DNA of 64,000 nucleotides, taken from NCBI GenBank assembly GCA_963788655.1, contig CAWBHS010000099.1, positions 1 through 64,000 on the forward strand, written 5' to 3'. Every line of letters begins with the position of its first letter. Position 1 is the first letter of the stretch. The translations under genes were made by a program, and so were the position numbers. The stretch comes from an uncultured Verrucomicrobiae bacterium (lineage in GTDB: Bacteria > Verrucomicrobiota > Verrucomicrobiia > Limisphaerales > JAFGQR01). Of this stretch, positions 22,317-31,679 are shown one piece after another. The notes beneath the pieces were generated by a model. It did not search any database. It saw only the letters and a list, made by a program, of their open reading frames with translations, and had not been told where the DNA came from.

Positions 22317-23754
22317 ATGATCGATGCCATATCAATTCATTTGATTTGCAGCACAGCCTTCATAATCGCCGGGACGCTTCATGCCTACTTCGCGGCTACG
22401 GCCCGGCCATGATTTCTTCGCGATCCAACTCGCCTTCTGGATCACGGTGATTTTCTTTGGATTCGGACCCTGGGTCGCGCTGTTATACGGCGGCTCGAAA
22501 GCATTGTCCCTGGGTGATTCAGAGGCTCTGTTACTGGCCTACGGCGGGGTGGGATTGTTTTTGATTGGCCTCCTGATGGGCGGAAAATTGTCGGCCGCGC
22601 ATCGTGCCAACGTTTCGACCGCAACCACGACGCCGTTTGGCGATTCGATTCGGTCCGCGCCGTGCGTCTCAAGTTACGCCGTCGCCACCATTTACGTGGG
22701 TATTTGGATTACCCGGCTCATCATCGGGGTCCAGTATGGCATGATCGTTTCAGGTACCCAGACCCCTGACAACCTGGCAGAACTGCCCTATCTGCTAGTC
22801 GTAATGAAATCGATGATCGATGTCTTTGTTTACGGCTGCCTGCTGTGGAGTAACGGTATCATTTGGCAAAACCTTCGAACGAAATATGTTGCCTGGTCTA
22901 TCATGGTGTTAGAACTGGGATGGATGTTTTTTCAGGGCAGGCGATGGATATTTGCATTTTTCATCATCATGGCGGCGGGCTTCGTCCTTTGCCGGCATCA
23001 ATTTCGGTGGCGGTTTGCTGTCGGCGGAGTCGCCGTGATTGCTTTTCTAGTAATGGTTGCCTTCCCCAAATTCTACGAATTTCGCCTTGGCTACTGGCAC
23101 AATTATGAACGCGACGGGGCTATCTCGGGCATCCAAGAAACACTCGCGGAAATGTCCTGGAACCCAGTCCATCGCGAAAGCCAACAGCGTTACCAGGAAA
23201 ACATGAAAGACCGGCCGCTAATTATTGGATTCAACACTGATATTATCGAAGCGCAGCGGGATTACGGATATATGTGCGGGAATGCCATTGCGAACAGCCT
23301 GCTTTGGACCGTTCCTTCATTTCTCAATCCGAACAAGTTCAAAATGCTTCGCGACGAGGAGAATATTCAAGTCTTTTACCACTTGCCCCAGTTTGACACA
23401 AGCAGCAACTGGCCAGCATTTGGGTGCGCTGATTTTGGGATTATTGGCGCTTTTCTTGCCGGCGTTCTCCTAGGAGCAACCATGGGAGGAGTCGAACGGT
23501 TGGCTGGCGCTGTGATTCAGAAATCCGTGTTTTTCGGCCTTTGCCTGATGGGGGGAATGGTGGCCGTCGCAACCTCGGTTGAAGTCACTCCAGAGCTACT
23601 GTGAAGCGCATTGCGGGCCTTGATACTGATCTATGGGGCGCTGCGGATGGGCTCGATGTTTCTCGTATTTATTCCTCAAAAATCGATGGGCCGGAATCCG
23701 GACGAAATGACCGTGAACGGCACATTCGGATGTAAGGATGAACTGGTGTCATGA
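22317..23754 (+). CDS. Putative Wzy polysaccharide polymerase (multi-TM), interrupted
   Basis: About 10 hydrophobic segments, a QGRR motif, a large periplasmic loop and ADFGIIG in ORF 22381..23604. The frame continues past TGA 23602-23604 to TGA 23752-23754, which overlaps the next ATG. Confidence 0.65.
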
Positions 23755-24840
23755 ACATCCTCATCTTTCATCTGGGCCAATTGGGCGATACGCTGATCGC
23801 CCTGCCGGCCTTTCGGGCGGTGCGCCGGCATTATCCGGAAACGCGGCTCACGCTGTTGAACGACCAGCACGTCGGCAAGTTTCACGTCCTGGCCTCGGAC
23901 CTTTTGCAGAACTCCAATCTGTTCGATGCCTTCGAGGCGTATCCGGTGGACAAATCAACAACCGGCCGGTTCTTGCGCCCGCTCGCCATGCTGCGGCTGA
24001 TGGCCCGGCTGCGCTCGTGCAAGTTTGATACGCTCGTCTATCTCGGCCCCTCCATTCGCAGCGCCCGCCAAGTGAAACGCGACCGCTGGTTCTTCACGGC
24101 CGCCGGCATCCGACATTTCGTGGGGATGGACGGTTTTCATTCGCTGCCGACCGGGAAACATCCGCTGCCCGCCATTCCGCACGAAACCGATTTATTGCTC
24201 GCCCGCCTGGCCGCTTCGGGCCTGGACGTTCCCGCCGCCGGTCAGGCTGGCATGGGACTTGAACTTACCGCAACGGATGAGGCGGAGGTGGACCGTTGGC
24301 TGGCTCCCCTGCCCCCCGATCTGGGGCGTCCGTGGATTGGCGTGGGACCGGGTTCGAAGATGCCGGCCAAACGCTGGCCGGTGGAACGGTTTGCCCAAGT
24401 CGTATCCGAACTTGATCGACCAATTCGATGTCTGGCCGGTGGTCTTCGGCGGTGCGGAAGATCGAGCGATTGGCGAGAACATGATTCGCACTTGGGGCCG
24501 CGGCTACAATGCCGCCGGCAAATTGGGTCTGCGTCCCGCAGCGGCGGCGTTGTCGCGGTGCCGCCTCTATTTGGGCAATGACACCGGCACCATGCACTTG
24601 GCGGTGGCGGCTGGCATTCGTTGTGTCGCCATCTTCTCCGCTCGCGACTGGCCCGGGCGTTGGTATCCTTACGGCGAGGGACACCGGGTGTTCCGCGCGG
24701 ACATCGACTGTGAAGGCTGCCGCTTGCAAACTTGCACGGAACGCGGCAATGCGTGTCTGCGGCGCATTCAAGCGGACGAGGTGACTGCGGCGTGCGAGGA
24801 GATTTTGCAGCAACGTTTGGTATTGGGAACGGCGGCCTAG
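23751..24840 (+). CDS. Glycosyltransferase family 9 (heptosyltransferase-like), frameshifted
   Basis: ILIFHLGQLGDTLIALP, GPGSKMPAKRWP.ERF, YLGNDTGTMHLAVAAG and a C-terminal Cys motif; frameshift near 24415. Confidence 0.88.
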
Positions 24841-24850
24841 CGCAGAAAGT

Positions 24851-26767
24851 ATGCAAGCCTTGATGACATCTCCAACCGTTGCTCGCCTTTCGAAAGCGCC
24901 AGCAAGCAGGCATGCAAGTGAATCGCTGGGTTATCAAACTGCGGGCGTCAACTTCCCCCTCACCCCAGCCCTCTCCCTTGGGGAGAGGGAGCCCGTTCGG
25001 CGCCCGGCGGGGACAGCGAGCGCGCTCCCATGCTTGAATGTCGAGGCGTGTATCCCAAAGCCGGTGGTGACGGTCGCGACGCATCCAAAGACCAAGGCAG
25101 GTTCGATAGCTCTTCCCTCTCCTCGGGGAGAGGGTCAGGGTGAGGGGAACCCCCGTCGTCAACCGTTCAACGGCGTTCGATCTTCCAAAAGCGCCGGCGA
25201 GCCGGACGCACTCCAAACGCTGGCGCGACCTATGCCGGGCCTCGAACCTCGCGAAGCGTTTGGAGTGCGTGGAGCTTGCTCCCGCTTTCGTTGGATACTG
25301 AACGCCCGTCTATCAAGCCATCGCTGGCACCATTCAATCCTCACTTCCCTTCCGAAAGCGCCGGCAAGCAGGCAGGCAAGTGAATCGCTGGGTTATCAAA
25401 CTGCGGGCGTCAACTTCCCCCTCACCCCAGCCCTCTCCCTTGGGGAGAGGGAGCACGTTCGGCGCCCGTCGGGGACAGCGAGCGCGCTCCCATGCTTGAA
25501 TGTCGAGGCGTGTATCCCAAAGCCGGTGGTGACGGTCGCGACGCATCCAACGACCAAGGCAGGTTCGATAGCTGTTCCCTCTCCTCGGGGAGAGGGTCAG
25601 GGTGAGGGGAACCCCCGTCGTCAACCGTTCAACGGCGTTCGATCTTCCAAAAGCGCCGGCGAGCCGGACGCACTCCAAACGCTGGCGCGACTTATGCCGG
25701 GCCTCGAACCTCGCGAAGCGTTTGGAGTGCGTGGAGCTTGCTCCCGCTTTCGTTGGATACTGAACGCCCGTCTATCAAGCCATCGCTGGCAACATTCAAT
25801 CGACACCTCCCTTCCGAAAGCGCCGGCAAGCCGGCAGGCAAGTGAATCGCTGCGTGGTCGAACTGCGGGCGTTACCTTCCCCCTCACCCCAGCCCTCTCC
25901 CTTGGGGAGAGGGAGCCCGTTCGGCGCCCGTCGGGGACAGCGAGCGCGCTCCCATGCTTGAATGTCGAGGCGTGTATCCCAAAGCCGGTGGTGACGGTCG
26001 CGACGCATCCAAAGACCAAGGCAGGTTCGATAGCTGTTCCCTCTCCTCGGGGAGAGGGTCAGGGTGAGGGGAACCCCCGTCGTCAACCATTCAACGGCGT
26101 TCGATCTTCCAAAAGCGCCGGCAAGCCGGACGCACTCCAAACGCTGGCGCGACTTATGCCGGGCCTCGAACCTCGCGAAGCGTTTGGAGTGCGTGGAGCT
26201 TGCTCCCGCTTTCGTTGGATACTGAACGCCCGTCTATCAAACCATCGCTGGCAACATTCAATCGACACCTCCCTTCCGAAAGCGCCGGCAAGCAGGCATG
26301 CAAGTGAATCGCTGGGTTATCAAACTGCGGGCGTCAACTTCCCCCTCACCCCAGCCCTCTCCCTTGGGGAGAGGGAGCCCGTTCGGCGCCCGTCGGAGAT
26401 GGGGAACCTGCTCGCCTGCTTCGTTGCTGATGGGTGTGATCCAATGCCGGCGGTGACCGCCGCAACGTCCCCAAACGCTAAGCAAGTTCCGAAAGCTGTT
26501 CCCTCTCCTCGGGGAGAGGGTCAGGGTGAGGGGAACCCCCGTCGTCAACCGCTCAACGGCGCTCGATCTTCCCGGAACCGTCAAACTTTGGGAATCCTCC
26601 GGCTAAGCCGGACGCACTCCAAACGCTGGCGCGACTTATGCCGGGTCTCGAACCTCGCGAAGCGTTTGGAGTGCGGGGAGCTTGCTTCCGGATTAGCCAG
26701 GGCTCGACGGAGTCTCGCCCTACCGGAATTATATAATCGCCATCGGTTTTCGGATTACCACCCATGA
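24851..26767 (+). other. 638-codon ORF made of REP-derived 154-aa repeats (coding status unknown)
   Basis: Uninterrupted frame from an ATG 10 nt after the GT9 stop to a TGA overlapping the next gene's ATG (ATGA 26764-26767). Confidence 0.3.
24891..26700. repeat. Tandem array of about 3.9 x 462 bp composite REP units (family B doublet plus family A doublet)
   Basis: TGAATCGCTG anchor at 24919, 25381, 25843 and 26305 (exact 462 bp spacing). Each unit has CCCCTCACCCCAGCCCTCTCCC...GGGAGAGGGTCAGGGTGAGGGG and GCACTCCAAACGCT...AGCGTTTGGAGTGC. Confidence 0.95.
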
Positions 26768-27930
26768 ACGTCATTCAAACAACTCCTTGGCTTACTCGCG
26801 ACGGCGGCGGCATTCCCCGCAGCGTCACGGCACTTTCCTCCGCGTTGGCGGGACTGGGATTAAACGTGGACCTGCTTTCCCTGCACTTGGGCAAGCGGCA
26901 CGAAGACCACGTATTTCCCGCTGCCCAACAAGTTACCACTTTGCTGCTGCCCTGTTACCAGTTCAAGGGCCTGCGGTTCTTCTGGGCACCGCAATTTACG
27001 CGCACCTTACAACAACGCGCGAATGCCCATCGAGCGGAACTGATCCATGATCACGGTCTCTGGCAATCCACCAACCACTCGGCCGCCCAGTCAGCCCACC
27101 GCCTGGGAATTCCTTACATCCTGAGTCCGCGCGGCAACATTTCGCCCTGGGCGTTGCGTCATCAGCGCTGGAAAAAACAAATTGCCTGGCACCTGTACAC
27201 GCACCGCGATTTACGCGCCGCGCAGGTGTTTCATGCCACCAGTAGGACGAAGCGCGTCATCTGCGTCTGCCTGGGATTGCGCCAACCCATCGCCATCATT
27301 CCCAATGGAGTCAGCGTGCCGAAGATCTCACCCGAATGGAACGCGAACCGGGCGACCCTCGCACGGTGCTTTTCCTCGGGCGTCTGCACCGGAGCAAAGG
27401 CTTACTCAATTTGGTCGAAGCTTGGGCAGCCGCGCGTTTGCAAGGGTGGCAAGCGGTGATTGCCGGCCCGGATGAAGGCGGGCATCGCGCCGAACTCGAA
27501 GCAGCCATCGAGCAGCACGAATTGCGGGGAAGTGTTCCAGTTTACCGGCCCCGTGGAAGGCCAGGCCAAATGGGATCTTTACCGGCGCGCGGATTTGTTC
27601 GTGCTGCCGACCTTTTCCGAAAATTTCGGCATCTCGGTGGCCGAAGCCCTGGCCGCCGGCGTACCGGTCATCACGACCCACGGCGCGCCCTGGTCCGCAC
27701 TGCCGCAGCACCAATGCGGTTGGTGGGTACCGACTGGAGCCGCGCCATTGGCTGAAGCGTTGCGCGAGGCCACGTCCATTTCCGATGACGCCCGCTCCGC
27801 CATGGGCGCCCGGGGCCGTCAACTGGTACAACAGCAGTTCCTCTGGCCCAAGATCGCGGCCGAGATGCGCGCGCTGTATGAATGGACGTTGGGCCTGGGA
27901 CCGCAACCGAGCTCGGTCATTTTGAATTGA
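26764..27930 (+). CDS. Glycosyltransferase family 4, frameshifted
   Basis: GGGIPRSV, IHDHGLW, SPRG, IIPNGV, LFLGRLHRSKGL, FVLPTFSENFGISVAEALAAGVPVI over three ORFs. Confidence 0.88.
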
Positions 27931-27973
27931 TTGTATGCACGACCAAGTTTCGAACGAGATGACCAGCGGAAAA

Positions 27974-28270
27974 GTCGCGTCAGCGTTTGGAGTGCGTCCG
28001 GCTTGCCGGCGCTTTGGCGTTGAGCACGGCCATCAAATGCTCGCGCGGGTTGGATATATCCTTGTGCGCCATGCTGCGAACGAAAGCGGGAGCAAGCTCC
28101 ACGCACTCCAAACGCTGGCGCGACATTCACAGACCCTTCTATTCACACAGGGGAGCGCGCCCGCCTCGGGCGCTGTCAACGGCGCCCCCGCCGTTGACCC
28201 GAAGGACACGCGGCATTCAATCATCGGAAGCCTCTTGCACCAACCGGAACGGGCGGGGCGCCCATGCTCT
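27974..28270. repeat. REP family A doublet plus family C element
   Basis: AGCGTTTGGAGTGCGTCCGGCTTGCCGGCGCT...GCACTCCAAACGCTGGCGCGA followed by GGGAGCGCGCCCGCCTCGGGCGCTGTCAACGG. Confidence 0.85.
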
Positions 28271-28292
28271 CCTGCCAACTTTCGAAACAAGT

Positions 28293-29630
28293 ATGCGTAG
28301 TCTTCGTCAAGAATCGCCTCACCTCCTGCGTCGCCGACTGGTCAACCCCTTTGCGGGCGCGGTCAGCCGGCCCAAAATCTGGATCTTCTGCGAACTGTAT
28401 TACCCTGAAGAAGCGTCCACCGGTTATCATCTGACGGGCATCGCCGAGGCGCTCGCGGCGGAATTCGAGGTCCACGTGATCACCGGGCCAGCCAGTCAGG
28501 AATTCCAACCAGTCGCGGCCCCCAAACAGGAGGAGCGGCACGGCGTGCATATTCATCGTTGCCGGGGAACTCACCGTCCCAAAGACTCGTTGCCGGGCCG
28601 ACTTTTGAACATGCTGACCCGCACCGGCGCGATGTGGCTCGAGGGACTGCGACGCGTCCGTCGTGGCGACACGATGCTGGTGGTCACCAATCCGCCGCTG
28701 TTGCCGTTCGCGGTGATGCTCCTCAAGTGGCTCCGAGGCGCGCCGTTTGTCTTTCTGATGTACGACGTCTATCCCGAGGTGCTGGTGGCCTCCGGTTTGA
28801 GCCGGCCCAATTCCTGGCTGGTCCGGCTGGGCCAACTGGCCAATCGCCTCCTTTATCGGCAGGCGGATCGACTGATTAGCATTGGCCGGGACATGTCGCG
28901 GTTGCTTGCAGAGAAATTGCGCGGACTGGAGGACCGATTGCGACTGATTCCCAATTGGGCCGAGTTGGAGAGTATCACCTGCCAACCGCCAGAGAAAAGC
29001 CAATGGCGGGCCGAACTGGAATTGCAGGACAAGTTCACCGTGCTATACGCCGGCACCATCGGCCGTACGCATGGAGTCGAAACCATTGTCGCCGCCGCCG
29101 AACGGTTGCGCGAACATCCCGGCATCCACATTCTGGTGGCCGGCTTTGGCGCGAAAGAGACTTACGTCCGGCAGCAAATCGACGCTCGCCAGTTACCCAA
29201 TCTTTCCCTGCATCACTTCAACCGCCCGCGCCGCGAGCAGGGTGAAACACTGGCCGCCGGCGACGTGGGGCTCATTTCCTTTATGCCCGGCATGTCGGGC
29301 GTGTCGGTGCCCAGTCGGATGTACAATTTCATGGCCGCCGGCCGCGCGCTCATTGCCGTCACCGATGCGGAGTCCGAACTGGCCATGGTGGTGCGCGAAG
29401 AACAGATCGGCTGGGTGGTGCCGCCGAATGATGGCGCCGCGCTGGCGCAGGTTATCCTCGAGGCGCAGCGAAATCCCGAGACAGTGAAGGCCATGGGGGA
29501 ACGGGCTGCCGCGGTGGTGCGTTCGAAATACTCCCAGGAAAAATCCGCCGCAGGTTACCGCAAGTTGTTCGCGGAATTGACGGGCACGGTCGTGGAACCG
29601 GAACTGGTTCCGGAGCGTTTGGCGGCGTAG
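28293..29630 (+). CDS. Glycosyltransferase family 4 (WcaI/WbuB-like)
   Basis: ELYYPE, TNPPLLP, YDVYPE, IPNWAE, LYAGTIGRTHG, VPSRMYNFMAAGR; likely start ATG 28293. Confidence 0.88.
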   Translation: MRSLRQESPHLLRRRLVNPFAGAVSRPKIWIFCELYYPEEASTGYHLTGIAEALAAEFEVHVITGPASQEFQPVAAPKQEERHGVHIHRCRGTHRPKDSLPGRLLNMLTRTGAMWLEGLRRVRRGDTMLVVTNPPLLPFAVMLLKWLRGAPFVFLMYDVYPEVLVASGLSRPNSWLVRLGQLANRLLYRQADRLISIGRDMSRLLAEKLRGLEDRLRLIPNWAELESITCQPPEKSQWRAELELQDKFTVLYAGTIGRTHGVETIVAAAERLREHPGIHILVAGFGAKETYVRQQIDARQLPNLSLHHFNRPRREQGETLAAGDVGLISFMPGMSGVSVPSRMYNFMAAGRALIAVTDAESELAMVVREEQIGWVVPPNDGAALAQVILEAQRNPETVKAMGERAAAVVRSKYSQEKSAAGYRKLFAELTGTVVEPELVPERLAA

Positions 29631-29895
29631 CCCAAAAATACGAGTGACCAGTAATCCGACAGAAATTTGCGGCTTGCGACCGATTCCGACCCAAGAAGCA
29701 AAGGTTTCAAGTGAACGCGTTCGTTATGACTCTACTGATCACTGTTAACTGGAAACTGATAACACGAATATTTAAAGCCTAGCCGCAAGGATTCAATGGA
29801 TCAGATATGCCGACGCCGGTTTGAGTCGCCGCGTCTTCGAACTGTGGGCGTCTTCCTTCGAGCTCGCGGCGTTCTCGAACTGCGGGAGCGGACTT

Positions 29896-30084
29896 CCCCC
29901 TCACCCCAGCCCTCTCCCTGGGGAGAGGGCCGTTCGGCGCCCGTCGGAGATGGGGAACCTGCTCGCCTGCTTCGTTGCTGATGCGGGTAATCCAATGCCG
30001 GCGGTAACCGCCGCGACGCCCCCAACTACCAAGAAAGGTCCGAAAGCTGTTCCCTCTCCTTGGGGAGAGGGTCAGGGTGAGGGG
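29896..30084. repeat. REP family B doublet (solo REPIN-like copy)
   Basis: CCCCTCACCCCAGCCCTCTCCC...GGGAGAGGGTCAGGGTGAGGGG with an internal spacer resembling array unit 4. Confidence 0.85.
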
Positions 30085-30115
30085 AAACGTCGGCGCCAAA
30101 GGAAAGGTCGTGCTG

Positions 30116-31327
30116 ATGGCCTTACCGCAGCCCATCAAAGTGCTGCACTTGGTCGGTCCCGAAGTAACGGACGGCCTCGACCGCAGCATCCTCAGCCTGT
30201 GCGAACACCAGGATCGCACCCGTTACGAAGTTCACCTCGCCGGTCCGGCAAACGTTCACGCAACCGATCAGGTTCGTCCTGTTGGCGATCAGTTTCATCC
30301 ACTGCCTGCTTTTACCGCGTTATGGCAGCCGCTCAAAAATCTGTTGGCCTTTCGGGAAATCGTGCGTTGGTTGCGCCACGAACGATTTGATCTATTGCAC
30401 ACGCACACCCCAAAAGCCGGGTTGATCGGCCGATTGGCGGCACGGCGTTGCCCGGTGCCAATGGTGGTGCATACGCATCGCGAGCAACCGCTTTCCGACG
30501 CCAAGTCCGGCTGGCAGGACGAACTTCTACTCGTCTTGGAACGGTATTTACGATCGTACACCGACTTCTTTATCACCCCCAGCGAAGCCGCGCGCGAATA
30601 CGGCCGTCGCCAGCGGGTGATTGAATGGAGCCGATCACAGACGATCTATCCGGGCATCGACACCACGCGTCTGGACGCGCGCGCGCCGGTGTCAGTGGTG
30701 CGGCAGCGATGGGGAATTCCCGGCCACTGGCAAAGTGTGCTGCTAACCGGGCTGTCTGCGCCTGCTCGTTCGATTGATCTCCTGCTCGAAGTCGTTCGCA
30801 ACGTGCTCGCGCAGCAACCGGAAACATTGTTTCTTCTCGCCGGCGGCGCCGATGAATTACGGCCACTCCTGGAACTTCAAATCCGCCGCTTCAACCTGCG
30901 ACGCAATGTGCGGTTACTGAACATTAAAGACGAGTTGCCGACCTTGCTCAAGACCGCGGAAGTGTTTGCGCTTTGTGATCCGCCAACCGACGTGGGGGGC
31001 GTGCTCAGCGAGGCGATGTTGCTGGGCCGACCAATCGTGGCGCCGAACGCGGGCAGCGCGTCGGAACTGGTGCAGCATGGCGAAACCGGCCTCCTCTATG
31101 ACGCCGGCAAAGCGCACCAACTCGCCAGTCACTTGAATTACCTGCTCGAACATCCGACCGAACGTTACCGGTTGGGAGTGAATGCCCGCCGATTGAGCCG
31201 CAGACTGTTTGGGGTCAATCAAATGGTGACGCAAATTGAACACATCTACCAAACGCTGGCGGAGCAGAAGCTCCCGAAGCGAATGATCGAGTTTCCCGTG
31301 GCCCAATCGGTAGTTCGGGCCGCGTAG
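30116..31327 (+). CDS. Glycosyltransferase family 4-like protein
   Basis: IKVLHLV, FDLLHTHTPKAGLIGRLAAR, IYPGID, EAMLLGRPIVA...ELVQHGETGLL. Confidence 0.8.
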   Translation: MALPQPIKVLHLVGPEVTDGLDRSILSLCEHQDRTRYEVHLAGPANVHATDQVRPVGDQFHPLPAFTALWQPLKNLLAFREIVRWLRHERFDLLHTHTPKAGLIGRLAARRCPVPMVVHTHREQPLSDAKSGWQDELLLVLERYLRSYTDFFITPSEAAREYGRRQRVIEWSRSQTIYPGIDTTRLDARAPVSVVRQRWGIPGHWQSVLLTGLSAPARSIDLLLEVVRNVLAQQPETLFLLAGGADELRPLLELQIRRFNLRRNVRLLNIKDELPTLLKTAEVFALCDPPTDVGGVLSEAMLLGRPIVAPNAGSASELVQHGETGLLYDAGKAHQLASHLNYLLEHPTERYRLGVNARRLSRRLFGVNQMVTQIEHIYQTLAEQKLPKRMIEFPVAQSVVRAA

Positions 31328-31418
31328 CTGGTGGCCAGGGCAAGGGGTGAAACCAGCTACGGCTTTGGAAGGGCCTATCCTTCGTCGCGCCAGCGTTTGG
31401 AGTGCGTCCGGCTTGCCC
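31003..31418 (+). repeat. Direct repeat copy 1 (GT4 3' end, downstream region and REP half)
   Basis: 31003-31327 is near-identical to 33446-33770 (offset 2443); weaker similarity continues to the REP at 31383 versus 33828. Confidence 0.9.
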
Positions 31419-31679
31419 AGAACATCACGCGCATCTTCTCGTTTGACTGACCCACCGCATCCAACGCCATGCGTAGCGCAGAATTGTATTCTGCTGTATC
31501 GCCGATTTCCAATCGGCAGGGCGATCACAACTCCGGACGCGTCGGGAGTTAGACCGTGCCCTGCGGGCTGCAAGTCCGCTCCACCCCGAAGTTACCAATA
31601 TCAAGATTGTTTTACTTTTACCTTGATTCCACTTCTCCGTCCTCGTACGACTTAGCCCGCTTTGAACAGGCCAATTTCT

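Noticed and set aside
23602..23604. Selenocysteine or genetic-code reassignment at the wzy TGA
   Set aside because: The context is a TM segment, not a redox site, and TGA is used as a normal stop in many genes here.
24891..26700. Repeat array as CRISPR
   Set aside because: Units are 462 bp with near-identical intervening sequence rather than unique 30-40 bp spacers; no cas genes.
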